Assembly (NCBI GenBank): GCA_002269645.1
Contig: NIVC01000633.1
Coordinates: 62,001-126,000, forward strand
DNA length: 64,000 nt
Direction of reading: 5' to 3'
DNA from: Macrostomum lignano
Lineage: Eukaryota
The notes beneath the pieces are model-generated. The model saw only the letters and a list, made by a program, of their open reading frames with translations. It searched no databases and had not been told where the DNA came from. Made by a program: the position numbers and the translations under genes. Positions 21,246 through 35,000 of this stretch are shown in pieces (position 1 is the stretch's first letter; each line of letters starts with the position of its first letter).

Positions 21246-23411
21246 AAAATACATGGACTGCTCAAGCAGAAGGGCAAGAAACTAAATGTTAGAAGGCAGG
21301 TTTTATGAATCTATTTTATCATCCCGTTTCAAATTTTTGTTACACATTCATTAAGCTAAGAATGATACGCTGGTAAAACAGATTCATAAAGCCAATGAGT
21401 CTAGTTGTTCCATTTTTATGATTGTTAGGCATAGGGCATGTACGATTGTAATGTACGGAGGATATACAATTAGCATCCTATTGATGCTAACCACACCGGG
21501 ACTCTCGAAATCGGGCTTCCGACTAGAAGGGGCTTTGCACTTACCTGCCAACTAGTGTCTTTTTGCTGTCAATCTCAAAGTCATAGCCGATGATAAGGGA
21601 CACTGCTGGGACTAGATCGCATTGGCCATGCAGGTACAGAGGGGACTTGTGCAGGGGATTCTTGCAGTGGCGAGACTATGGGGTAGCTACACGTACTATT
21701 ACATTGCTAAATACGAAGATATGTACTTTTGGCCTTCAACGCGCCAAACAGCCTCTCCTAGCGCTGATGATAGGCTAACTCGAACATCAGAGACCGCATG
21801 ATTCATCACCCGAGCCGCTTGGCTAACCTATAGTGCACAGAGTACATCTCCGGAGCCGATTCTGCACTATTGGCAATTTCGCTAACTGATTTGATAGATT
21901 GATCGACTGAGAACTGCCTTGCCATTGGTCCACTGTGACCGGCGCCTACTAGCTTAGCTACTCATCTGAGCCATCGGCGAACAAAGAAATAAAACCGATA
22001 AAAATAACTGTTAGATTTAACCTTCTCCTTAGATCACTTCACACTTTAGATTGAATTGGAGTTTTAGCTGACTACTAGCAGTATTATTGAATGACTTCTG
22101 CCTCGATTACAGCACTACTGAACAAAATAAGCAAAAGTGTGCGCCTAATCCAGCTACTGAAACAGGGGACAGATAAGGAATCACCCAATCAAGCAAGTCT
22201 AGGCAGCCTCTCACCAAACCAATCAGAAACTCAACAGCCGAAGACCAGGTAATCCACAGTGACCGAATCGGCTTAGTGCTTCGCAGCTGTAGGCCCGAGA
22301 TGATGCTGATGTCACAATATTCGCTGATAGCTAGCAGGTGATGCTCTTCACTTTGATGTTCACTGCTGATGACCGGGGGGACTCGTCCTTGATGATGATG
22401 GGGGGAAGTCGCAATCCGGGGATCAAGAAACGACGGTCAATTCCTGGCCGGTGGAGCCAAGGGTGGCACCCGGTCGCACGAAGGTTTGCAGGGGTAGCAC
22501 CCGGAAAGGGGGGGTAGCACCCGGAAAGGTGCCATCCGAGCGGGCCAAAAACACCGGTTTAAATAGCCGCCAACTGGACCGCAGTTTGTTATAATGGGAG
22601 ACGTCGATTCTGATTGGCTGAGCCGATTTGTTAAAATGAGCGTCGAATTTTCTCATTGGCTAAGCTTGTTGCTACCCAGAATTACGTGACCGGGAGATCC
22701 TATCAGTTCCCTCGGGGTCGTAAAAACATGACAGGTGCGGCCATAAATCAATCAAAATCGCAACAAAATGATTTATGACTTTTCGCGTAGAATTGACAAA
22801 AATTGATGAAAAAATACATTAGAAAGCTCTTATTAAATAGAAAGTGAAGATAATCAAGAGAAATCACTAATCGCTAATCCTAAAGTACTTTTAGGGGTAA
22901 AACGCATAGCTGTCAAAGCTGTCACACGCTTGAGTGAACACGAACAATAGGCCCTGACCTCATAAATATTGATGGCCTGTCAAAATGAGGAGAAAAAAGC
23001 TATCATTCGCATCCCCTCAGACCATCTGGCGCCCGCCTCAACACTGAGTGAGGCGCAGGTGGCTGTCAGACCAGCTTCGAAAGCGATGATTTATGACCCA
23101 AAAAGCTGCGCCTATGTTATTATGACTGCTAGTATGACCAAACATTATATCTAGTATAGATTCTATGACAATTCGCAGAAAAAGGATAAAAATGCCCATT
23201 GCCCACTGTTAGTAGGCTGGTAAGTTTAGAGCCCATGTGCTAGCGCGTGATTTGGAAAAAAGTGCGTCCTCATCACTACATACTAAAAATGAGTTGTTTG
23301 CTTGCTTGTTTGTGCGCAATCGATTTTCTCCCGAACGGCTTAACCTATTTTCTATAGCTATAAGAAAGGCGAGAAAAATCAAAGATGAACATTGGTCTTC
23401 CTTCTAATAAT

Positions 23412-23560
23412 TGGGTTGCGTTGTGTATGGGTTAGAGCGTCGGACTCACGAATTGAAGGTCGGGGGTTCGATTCTCAACCCACTCGAAACAATTTTGTGT
23501 CCTTGAGCAAGACACTCAACTATATGCATTGCTTCAGTTCATCCAGCTGTAAAATGGGTG
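23412..23560 (+). mobile_element. tRNA-derived SINE with a CORE-like domain
   Basis: tRNA-like head (loop CTCACGA, B-box GGTTCGATTC) followed by TGTGTCCTTGAGCAAGACACT...CTTCAGTTCATCCAGCTGTAAAATGGG, which resembles the MIR/CORE consensus. Confidence 0.7.
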
Positions 23561-25316
23561 CCAGCATTAGCTGGGGTTTGGGTTAGGGTGGCGACCCAGT
23601 CCTTGGACTGAACAGCCGTACGCAGCCTCCAGATGCGCCGCACAATAGCTGCGGCTGAGCTGTCGGTTGCACATCTGGCCAAACTGGGGCAAGGTGTAAT
23701 CAACTATTGCTTGCTCCCTGTCACTGCGTGGAGGAGCCAGCAGCAAAAAGTCTCCTCTGGCCTGGCGACGCGAAAAAAACATGGTAGACATGTTAGACAT
23801 GGTAGACATACAAGCGCGCGGATAATGTACGCACTCATACGCACGCTCACACGAGGCTTACAGCGGCCCTGGCTTTCTAATCGTCAGACATGTACACCCT
23901 CGGCGCCTTGGTGGTTGGTTCTCATGCGATTGAATCGCACGGAAATCCCCGACAGCCGAATTAATGCCATGGGTCGCAGAGTGAGACTCCTCAGCCGATG
24001 CTTGATGTGGTTGGGTTATGATTAACGCGTTAGGACAGCTGGCTACTTAAACAGCATTACGTACTACTATAAAGAGTAGCAACCTGGCATGTGGCTCTAC
24101 TTCTACTAGCATAGTGATCCTCGTTACCCCAGCATGTTTAAAGCTGCTAATTGCAAATTAGCTCGTAGAACTGTAGTGTGCTCTGCATATGAGAAGTACT
24201 TTTCCGCACTCGAGCACTTTGGAAGGAAATTTTTTCGAGTCTGCACGATTCATCATTCTCTATTGGGACAGTTGCTGGCGCCAATTATTGGGCTTACAAA
24301 TCGAGCGAAATCGAAACCGCCCGCATTTTGCATAATTTTATAGGCATGCTGTGCGGTTCACTGATTGCTGACGGACACTCGCGAATCCAGCGAGGAGGCC
24401 AGCGACCCCGCCTCGCCTGTGCACAGAGCATATGAGACAAGCCCCCGGCACATTTTCGGAATCAAACCCAGGCACTTTGGTGGATGTGTCGGACTTCATC
24501 AGAATCTGATTTTGAATTCTGATTTAAGTTACCTACTGCCCCCGCCGCGTGCGCATGCAGGCAGCGACGCCGTCCAATCTGAAGCCCTGGGAGACTGGGA
24601 ATCCCAGAGGACAGAAGCATCGAACCCATTGAGCAGAGCTGCATGCTCACTGGAAAGCCGGATGTTAATGCTTTTTGTTGTTGCTGGTGCGGAGTTTGGG
24701 GATCGTGAGGTGCAGAGCAGATCAGCGGCAAATGCGTCAGACTCTCAAGCCTGGTTCGAGTGCAAGGCCCACATTCATATGGGGCTTGTGCTCAAAAGTT
24801 ATAACCTTGCCAAGTGTCGCTTATGATGTCTAACCACCATACACAGTGCATACTAGCTTGCACGTTGACCATGAGAAAGCCAGGGCTGCTGAACACGCTG
24901 TGTGTGCCTGCTCACCGTATCCGTGTGCAAGTGGGTGGTCAGAGTGGGTGTTCAGTATAGAATTAGCTCGGAATTGAAAAATGAATTTTTACGAAGTCCT
25001 GAGCGGGTCTCTGACACTGTCAGCTCACCAAATTTTGTTGCTTGTCTGCTTGCTCAAAGACTGCTCACAGCGGAATTTTCGAAATCATGTTAAAAGCACA
25101 AAAGCCCCCAGCATCCAGATCTCCATCGATGCTCCTGGAGTCGCAGAGCTCATTTCTGAGAATAAGAAGCAACAAATCGATCAGAGCTGCTTCTTTTGCA
25201 AGCTTTTTCTTGGCTGAGCCGCTCGCAGGATTGATCCTCGCAATGGCTCGGGCCTGTGTGCGTCAGGCCCGACATCAGATGGTGGCAGATACGGAAAAGC
25301 TATTACAAACATTTAG

Positions 25317-25680
25317 GGGGGCTGTAGCCCAGCGGTAGCGCAGCTGCTCTGGTGTGCCAGCGACCCAGGCTCGATTCCAAGTGCAGTCACATTAATTTGG
25401 GGCTGAATTGGAATCTCGGCTTGGCTCTGCTCGTGCAATTAACGGCCTTGAGAGCCAACCCCCCAAGGCGCAGTGAAGTGTACATGCCCAACGATAATAT
25501 AAAGTTAGGGCCGCTGTACACTCCTGTGTGAGTGTGTGCCTGCGTACGTATCCGCGCGCTTGTATGCCTGCTCAGGGGAGTCGGCGGAATGGGCAGTAAT
25601 GCCTCTCGCCGGTTGTGTGCCTATGTCGCTTAAAGTGCGCCAGGGTGCACACAACCCCCCTGCCTCTAATAAAAAAAAAT
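25317..25680 (+). mobile_element. ~365-bp tRNA-derived SINE, copy A
   Basis: A-box TAGCCCAGCGG, B-box-like GGCTCGATTCC, A-rich 3' tail; near-identical inverted copy at 28030-28392. Confidence 0.8.
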
Positions 25681-28029
25681 TACAAACATTTATCCATGGA
25701 GTGCACCGGAACCGCACAGAGCAGTGAGGCGGCTAATAAATGTAGGCCAAGAGTTTTTAAAAGTACAATCATGAGGCTTCTCTTGGTAGACGTGGGACAC
25801 GATAGCAAAGACAGGGACAATAACCAATAAGAGGATGGAACACTTTCGAGAACTTCTTCACCAGCAGTCTGTCGACCAGGCTTCCTGCTCCGCTAATCTT
25901 TATAACCTGAGCTTCATCGCTCCGCAACGTGAACAACCGGGCGTCTCTTGAGTGTCAGTAGCAATGAAATTGACTTGACGTGACGTGACGCAGCTGCTCC
26001 AGACACCTGATTTTGGTGAGACAATCATTAGCAGGAGATCAGGATTGGAGCCAGTCGTTACTTGACAAATGCTTCGGAAAATTCCAGGAAACTGTACAGA
26101 GCACCTGAAACAGCCTCACCTGTACTGTAGTCCGATACGAAGACTTTCCTCAGCAGTGCATTCTGTGCGCTCTCCAGGACGCGATGAAGAACCATAATTA
26201 GTCAAGTCGCGGGGTTTCCCAGCTGGAGTCGCCGACGCCGCAGCAGGTCACTTTTGGACGGACTACCAGGCCTGCGCGGCAATGAAGTGCCGTGTTGACT
26301 TTCAGGTCAGATGCCGATCTTGAAAGTGGTGCGCAGCAGGCCAGTATGTACCATCGCAATTTCGCGGTTCGCGGCGACAATGTCGGTTCCATAGACCGCC
26401 AAGGGAGACAAAGTGCTGGCATTCCAACGAATGACCGAATTTCCGACGGCCTGCAAAAGTTATCGAAATTACCCCTGATCTACTGGTTGATTTCGGATGC
26501 ACACGGACGGGCAGTTTGGGGAATCTCGCAACTGTGCACGGAATCCATTTAATATCGACCGCGGCTCGAGAGACGCAGGATGAGCGGTAAGGAGGTGGGC
26601 GAAGTCATGACGTTTGGCTGTGCGCAGGGAACAGGAAGATTGGGAACGTCGAAGCAGTCACCGCAGTAGATGCCAGAGCTTGTAGGAATCTTCAAAAAGA
26701 GGCCGAGATCAGCCTGCAGATGGGGCGCTGGCCTGCTTAAAGAGCTTGTGCAGTCGAAAAGCCTATCCAATTGTGTTTGAGGCTCAACTGCCTCAGGCGC
26801 TCAGACTATGGGAAGGTCCAGACTCTCTGAGCCATGCAGAGCGAGAGCCAACGATTAAATACAGGAATATCTGGTTTGTTACTACAGCTAAAATTTTTTG
26901 TGTGGGAGTCCAGACAAAGATGGCAGCAACTGAATTTAATATATTAAATATGGTATTTAACAGTAGTGTTGAATTATTATCATGCATGTCCGCGGTCTGT
27001 GACTGCAGGGCTGAGCAGCCGCATCCAGACCCCGGCGTTGAAACTGGGAAAGGATTTTTTATAAAAGCCCAGCTCATTTAATTTTTTACTAGGGGTTGAT
27101 TATTAAAATGAATTTGTCGATGAAAACGGCTCAGAAGCAGCGTTCGTAGAGCAGACAGTGCAGGTGACGGTGCCGAGGGCTCGTGTTTTATTGTGACAAA
27201 GCACCTGCCTGCTTTACCCCAACCGGCCTCATAAAATGGCGACTGAGAGCTGGGGAGGCCGCTGGGCTGCTGCACGGATCCCCTCTGATAAATGAGCTGA
27301 GCCGCAGGGTCTGACAACTAATTCTAACAAAGTAATTAAGCGAAAAAATGATCCGCAAACCCATGGTCCTGCGTTTGCCAACGAAAAGGAAGGAAACGCT
27401 ATTTTGAGGCCTTTAAAAATTTAGTCATGATCTCCGAGCGGAGAATATGTTTTAGAATTACCTGGGCATACATGACTCGTATGTACTGCAGCAGATAGGC
27501 GACGCTATGATCAGCTGCACACCTCAGCTGAGTAGCAGTGACTTAGACAGTGGTCGAAGTTGAGTCGTCGTGTTGACGGTTGGGAGGTGGGGCAAACTTC
27601 TCTTACGCGCGCGCGTCCCTTGTCAGCCTCGTCCTACCTGACCGCGTGACTCTGGGTTAACTCGACATTTCATGAGCCCCCCCCCCCTGCAGCTCATCAA
27701 TACCAGTGCTCATATGCTGTCCCGACTGATTCGTGCTGCCACAGTCGGTGCAGGAAGTGCCGCTGCTGACTCTGCTCTGAGACGCTGCTGCTATATGGGA
27801 GTCGAGTATTGCTTGATGGTGTGCTCCCTCCTTATGTTCCATGAATGGTCCTTGGCTGCTATTAACTGTGAGGGCATCCGGAAGCAATTGTTCACTTCTT
27901 CGATGAAGGCACTCGATGAGTGATGGGCCCGGAGATGCACCTAATTCGGTCCGGTCAGGCAGGCGAACTGAGACTCCAACTGAGGCTTTGAGTCCAGGAG
28001 TTCACCTTGACTGCTCAGGTGATTTTTTT

Positions 28030-28392
28030 ATTATTTTTTTAGAGGCAGGGGGGGTTGTGTGCACCCTGGCGCACTTTAAGCGATATTGGCACACAGCCGG
28101 CGAGAGGCATTACTGCCCATTCCGCCGACTCCCCTGAGCAGGCATACAAGCGCGTGGATACGTACGCAGGCACACACTCACACAGGAGTGTACAGCGGCC
28201 CTAACTTTATATTATCGTTAGGCATGTACACTTTACTGCGCCTTGGGGGGTTGGCTCTCAAGGCCGTTAATTGCACGAGCAGAGCCAAGCCGAGATTCCA
28301 ATTCAGCCCCAAATTAATGTGACTGCACTTGGAATCGAGCCTGGGTCGCTGGCACACCAGAGCAGCTGCGCTACCGCTGGGCTACGGCCCCC
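28030..28392 (-). mobile_element. ~365-bp tRNA-derived SINE, copy B (inverted)
   Basis: Reverse complement of 25317-25680 with few substitutions. Confidence 0.8.
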
Positions 28393-28867
28393 CTCTGCTC
28401 AGGTGATGCCTGGATTGGCTCAATGAGGTCTAGCTGCCATCGCCTCACTCAGAGCTGGGTAAAACAGTTTTCATGTGTGTTACGAGCCCGAGAGAAGAGT
28501 GCCATTGAAATGGCACACAAATGCAATTCGCATTAAACTCACGCCGACGGAGACTCGGTTTTGCTACATGTCAAATGTGGCGGCTGGCTTGTTTAACTGG
28601 CTCTGGTACGGCTGCCCCCGACTCCACTGCAGCCGTCAAGCAGTTTAGAGAGAATAGAGACAAATGTTGCCAAGCCGCACTAGCATTGGACTCAGACTGC
28701 TCTGGGATGGGCAGTATGAGGGTCAGATGATCAGCTCTAGCCAGTGCAGAGCAGGGAGTCATCGGGGGGGGGGGGTAGCTCCGCGCTTAAACAAATTTAT
28801 TTTTTGTTTATGCTCATTTCAAAAATTAATTTCATGCGTCTGAATTTTGTGCCAATGTGTCCGCGCC

Positions 28868-29435
28868 AGTTACGTCACCTCAAAGCTGTCTCGCGCGAGA
28901 CAGTTACGTCACCTCTAAGCTGTCTCGCGCGAGACAGTTACGTCACCTCTAAGCTGTCTCGCGCGAGACAGTTACGTCACCTCTAAGCTGTCTCGCGCGA
29001 GACAGTTACGTCACCTCTAAGCTGTCTCGCGCCAGTTACGTCACCTCTAAGCTGTCTCGCGCGAGACAGTTACGTCACCTCTAAGCTGTCTCGCGCCAGT
29101 TACGTCACCTCTAAGCTGTCTCGCGCCAGTTACGTCACCTCTAAGCTGTCTCGCGCCAGTTACGTCACCTCTAAGCTGTCTCGCGCCAGTTACGTCACCT
29201 CTAAGCTGTCTCGCGCGAGACAGTTACGTCACCTCTAAGCTGTCTCGCGCCAGTTACGTCACCTCTAAGCTGTCTCGCACCAGTTACGTCACCTCTAAGC
29301 TGTCTCGCACCAGTTACGTCACCTCTAAGCTGTCTCGCGCCAGTTACGTCACCTCTAAGCTGTCTCGCGCGAGACAGTTACGTCACCTCTAAGCTGTCTC
29401 GCGCCAGTTACGTCACCTCTAAGCTGTCTCGCGTC
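28868..29435. repeat. 30/34-bp minisatellite CAGTTACGTCACCTCTAAGCTGTCTCGCGC(GAGA)
   Basis: About 18 units in two length variants. Confidence 0.97.
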
Positions 29436-30024
29436 ACGATGAGAAAGCCAGGGCCGCTGTACACTCTGTATGATCACAGTCCAGAGCCCCCTGAAACAGG
29501 ATCGAAACAGGGAACCAACTGTTCTCGATCGAAGTGCTTCTACTTCGTTTCCTGGAAAATTTCAGGAGGCAGATTTTACTAAAAATACATTACGAAGATT
29601 GGAGGTTTTCATATTTTCAGCACAAAGAATTGTAATTAATTTTTATAGGAGACAGACCCAATGTTCATCTTTTGATTTTCATAGAGCTTTTCATTTAGAA
29701 ATATTAGGATTCTATGGTAATTTTATATCCTATGCTTACATGTCTTATGGCTAAAAATCATTAAAAATGGCATAAATCAACTGTTTTAATGATTATATGA
29801 ATCTGTTTTATCAATCTGTTGCACATTTAGAACAGGTCTGTATGATCACAGATCAAAGACCTCTATGAATATCAACAGTTATAAGAAAGGCAATAAATAT
29901 CAAAATATGAACATAGAGTCTGCCTTTTATCACAAGGAATAACAATATTTGTGCCAAACAAACGAAAACTTCCAATCTCCGTATTGTGTTTTTTTGTGTA
30001 TTGCCTCCAAAAATTTTCCAAGAG

Positions 30025-30141
30025 ACAGTTTCTCATCCTACTTGAGCAGCTCTTGGTCATGGTCTTACGGCTTTCCACCGCATAGTTTCTCATCCTACTT
30101 GAGCAGTTCTTGGTCATGGTCTTACGGCTTTCCACCGCATA
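30025..30141. repeat. 57-bp direct tandem duplication
   Basis: AGTTTCTCATCCTACTTGAGCAG...CCACCGCAT occurs twice with one mismatch. Confidence 0.9.
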
Positions 30142-30864
30142 GGCTCATGTGTGCCTGCATTATTTATTTTACTAATTGCATAAAGTAGCCAGACAAGACT
30201 TGATTTACAATGCAACCGTGCTTTGCGCCAAAATAGGGTGACTTGACGACTTTAAAATTTGTTTTAAAAACGTTCAGAGGCTTTATTAAAGTGAAAATAG
30301 GCATAAGACGGTAAGCGTTGTACACGAAGCAATATCAAGAGAGACGATTGTGTAGAGAACAGTTGTGCAAGTAGCTGAGAGCATGCTGTGCTGCTGCACT
30401 TACATGTAGCAGAAAAATAATAACACGTGCATTCATAAAAGTTTTGAAGCTGGTTTGGTGAGCGCATGAAATCTGTGGTGAGTTGAGTTGCTCAAAGTTA
30501 ACAGTAAAATTATCAAGTTGCTTACGAGTGCTTTGTAGAAAAGGGGAGCCAATCTTAACTGCTGGCCACTTTTTGCTGCACCTGAATCTGAATGGAACAC
30601 GGAAGGCGCACAAAAATCCATGAAATTGTGGGGCAAAACTCCAGTGAGGGTCCAGCGTGTACGCAGAGGGGGCCACCATCAGCCCCCTACATAAATTTCC
30701 CGCTTCCAAATACTAAATGAAAGAGGCAACCAAGTTCTACGACAGGAGCTCAAATTTTACCACCTCTTGGGCAGGGCATCCATCGCCTGGGAGACAGGGG
30801 TACGGGAGCCACTGAAAACCTGTAAGCATCCTGTCAGATAGAGAGCCTAACCCATGCGGGCCAG

Positions 30865-31020
30865 AGGAGGGGAGAGAGGAGAGAGAATATAGAAGGGAGA
30901 TGAGAGATAAGAGAAAGGAGAGGAGAGACGAGGAGATGAGAGAGAAAAGAGAGAAGAGAAGAGAAGAGAGGAGAGAGAAAGAGACAGAGGAGATTAGATA
31001 GAAGAGAGCTGAGAAGAGAC
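30865..31020. repeat. GA-rich homopurine tract
   Basis: Read directly. Confidence 0.85.
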
Positions 31021-32089
31021 AAGCCGTGAGCGTGCCGGATTGCTATTGTGAAGTTTCAAAGCACCCGAGGGCCGGATAGAGAGGCTTTGCAGGCGGGAGT
31101 CTGCGGACCCCTGGTGAAGGATCTCAACGCCCTAATCTGAGATGACGCCAAAATTATTATTAGATATTAAAATGAAAAAATCATATAGGCAATGAAAATT
31201 AAGGACACCAAATACGAGCTATTGACACCACGCCTATTAGGCCTCCTGCGTACGGCACTCCATTGGTCATGCAGAGGTTCCCCACAAAGGCCACCAATTT
31301 CTGATCCCTGATTCCCGAAATTCCCCTCTAGATCTGCCGCCGTTCGCTGCTCAAGAGCTCAGTGACAAATATTGGCCTGCGCTAGCAGCTAGTGCAACAT
31401 GTGGCAGGATATGCTTGGTGATCAATTGTTGTGTACACGCTGGCTGCAAACTCTGGCGTCAGGAAACGCTTCTAGTGCGATATTACTAGCAGCTATTGAT
31501 TTTCTAAAAATATGTTTTGGGGATTCCCAATGGTTTAACCAAGAAGGTCCCGCTGGGTGAACTCAGTCCTACAACCGCTATTGTCACTAGATAGCCTTGA
31601 CACATGTATGCACGAGTATGCACGGGCAATGTGAAAAAGTGCTTTATATTGTATAAAGCTTGCACCGCCACAACCAAGCTTCATAATAATGTCACTTGCA
31701 CTTCATTCATTTCTGCAGCCAAAAGACCACAGTCCACAATGCCTCGCTTAATCAACTGCATCCCCCCAGCAACAGCGTTCAACACTGCTGCATTCTCATG
31801 CATTCTCATGGAATTCTCCCTCATTGTTGTCCTAAGTCCAAAGATATGCAATCTGGGACCTGCAAAGAAATTGGTGATTAAAATTTCTGTGTGAAAGCTT
31901 TAGATTGAAAGCTTGTTCCCAGGGACTTCCAGGTTAGGTGAGGGCAGCGCAAAGTCAGGGTCTCCTCAATGTTTGCGGTTCTGTTTAATGTGCTGGTAGT
32001 GAAAAAGGTTAAACAACTTGGGAGGACCCAAAACTAACAGCTTTAGAGAGATTTACAAGAATGGAGGCCGCACACCGGGATTGGGAGGC

Positions 32090-35000
32090 TCAGACTTGAG
32101 CATTATTATGCCTTACTGCGTCCGTATCGAGCGCGACCATCTCTGACTCCGGCCTGGCCGACTCTTCGGGCTGACCGTCGGCGTTTTTTGACTGCATCCG
32201 GGACTGCGCCTGCACTCTGGCAGCCAGCGCCTGTCCCAGGTAGATGAAGAGCTCCAGCAGCTCGCAGATAGTTAGGATTGAGATGCCGGACCAGAGACCC
32301 AGAGCTCCTGAAATTCATTTTGTATTAACGGTTTTTCAATACTGAAAGACTTGTTGAGCATGATCAACCTGGACCACTTACCCCCGATGTCGGCCACCAG
32401 GTTCTTGGCTGGGTAGGCCTCCTCCTCTGAGACTTCGTGGCCGCGGGACTGCCAGGCCTGGACCGTCAGCTGAGCCAGGCGGTTCTGCAACGCCGCCAGC
32501 TCGCTTTCGAAGCTCTGAATTGCCTCGGTGCTCCGGTTGATGACGGGAGTGTCAGAGAGGTTCTGAGCCTTAAGGTAAAGGTAGTAGATGCTTGAGGCGC
32601 CTCTCATCAAGCTGATATCGTGTCGATAGCCAAAGTCGGCGGCCAACTTCTTCAGAAAGTCGAGAGACTGCACCGAGAGCAAGTTCGGCCACGGGTAGGT
32701 GATGTAGCGGGTGCTGAAGTCGGTCTTGCTGCAGGGCGACTTGCATTCGTTCATGGCTTCAAAATGGTACTGCGTGATCTTCGACACCTGCTCAATGTAG
32801 CACTTCTCAGTGTTGGCCGAAATGTTTCCCCTTGAGTACATGTCGAAGCAGTAGCTGAGCTTTTTGAACCGCTCTTCTTGAATGGGAAGCATCCCCGGCA
32901 GGCATCGGCAGGTGTTGGTGAATTTTTCGACAACATAAGTGTTGACGCAGTTCTCTCTGTCCGAGACTTTGAACTGACTACCCGAGACTGTCAGTGCGCT
33001 GAAGTCATGGAGATTATTGCGAAATTCGATTTGACATGCTGAAATTCCCAGAAGCAGAGAAGCGCAAAAAAGGAGGGTTTTATGCAAAATCTTACCTTGA
33101 GCCGTTCAGTTTAAGCAGCGCGTTGCGAAACATAGACAGCTTCAGCGTCCAGTTGGAACATCGCATAATTTCCTGCGCGTCCGAGTTGACGCTGGAAGCA
33201 AATTTTTAGTTTTAAACAGCTTTGATATTTACAATATTGCAGACTAAATATAAGGAAATAAAACTTTTTGCTTTCTTTACCCAGAGTCCTCATTTGACGT
33301 AAACAGCTTCCATGACGGCAGTCGGTAGGTGATTGGCTCCGTAGTCTCAAGGCAAGGCCTCGATGAGGTGGACAGTCTGGAGTACTTGTCGAATCTAAGA
33401 TGCACGTCCATGCGCTGAGCGGTGGCCACATTGACGCCCTTTGAGGCCCACGGGAACGAGCTATCCGGGACGATGACCGCCTGCGGGTTCGCGGTTGAGC
33501 AGCCAAGCTCAGAGATTGCGTGAGACACTGAGACGCTCAGCGACCGACGAAGACTCACCTTGAATGCGACCTGAGTCGCATCGGAGCCGTGGCTGTCTCG
33601 CACCACCCGCGTCAGCTTGTCGATGTTGGACACCGTCTGACCCTTGGAGTCTGTCGAGTCCGTGAAGTACTTGATGGACAGCTGGCTCTCCGCCAACTGC
33701 GTGCTGGTCATGTTGGCGGTGAAGCGCTGCTTGAGAAACTTGTGGCACATGCCCAGCTGCGGGTGGGCGACGTTCACAAAGTCGTCCTTGGTGCACTTCT
33801 GGCCAGCGAAGCTGCAGTCGGCGAGGCCGGCGTTGAGGTCGCTGCCGAACTGTCGGGCCAGCAGGTGGTCACCGACGGAGTCTCTGATTGTGGCTGTCAC
33901 GCTGGGGACCTCGGTGTCTAAAGAAATTCATTCGGTACAGAATGCTCTGAAAACAATGCCTAGAATATAATAATAAATAATAACTGAGAAACAGATCCAG
34001 CTCAATGGTCACTGGCACAACTCACAACAGAGTGGCACGTTACAGGTCTGAAAGATCATGTTAAACAGGTAGCCAAATTTTATCGTAATGGACGGAATGT
34101 TGACCCAGAAATCTTCCGGTATGCACACAGGAACCTCCGAATCGATGGCGCTAAACCGCCTAAAACAATAGGAAAGATTTTGGAGCGCTGCAACAAGCAC
34201 ACATACGCTACTTGCGATGCAATAGAAGCTTACTGGAAATCCTTGGGCCCGTGGATGTTGACAGAATCGACCACAACGCTAACCGGACGGCAGTAATTGT
34301 CGCTCTCGCCTTCAAGCCTGTCCGGAGTCTGGATAAGCATTTCCCGCACTTCGTCCATGAAGCCAACTTCCGAACCTAAATTGGAATTTGACTGGTTCGG
34401 TCAGGCGAAATTAAATTTGCCAGCGGCACAGGTGAGCAATGCAATCGAAGCTCTTACCGCGGCGCGCCTTGAGAACTTGCTCAATTGTGGACAGCTGACT
34501 CCAGGGCATGCACCGCCGGCCAGTGCTGGTGACGTTCCGCCGTCCGGTGTAGCGCGACAGCCTTTGCTGCTGAGTCAGCTTGTCCTCGGAGCTCACGATG
34601 CAGTCGTAGTTTCTCGAAATTTCTGGATTGAGCGATGGAACGTCAAGTATTTCATTCACGAATCGAAGTCGTCTTTGAAAGGAAAAGTCAGGCAACATGT
34701 TGGAAACTCACGGCAGTAGGGAATTTCGCAGAATGCAGCGTTCAGCTTGTCGCTCAGCTCATCCGCGAAAAAGCAGTAGGGCCCGCTGGAGATTGCGTCC
34801 AGGTCGCTGAAGTTCGCGACGTGCAACGGCCTGCTGCCTACAAAGTGGAATGCGTGCCTTGAGCTGCGAGTTACGAGTCTGCAGAATGACCTGATTTTGC
34901 CAGCAATATACAAGTGACCATAAAAATCTGTCCCAGCTCGTCAACTTATCGGTTTTATTGAGCTACTTTTGAGTAGCAACCAATCTCTAACCCGCTCTCC

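Noticed and set aside
25317-25392. Possible tRNA gene
   Set aside because: The T-stem and anticodon arm do not pair properly, and the sequence continues into a ~290-bp body repeated at 28030-28392. It is a SINE head.
26000-28030. Short ORFs in the spacer between the inverted SINEs as a transposase or cargo gene
   Set aside because: No recognisable motifs and frequent stops; at most a LINE relic that I cannot support.
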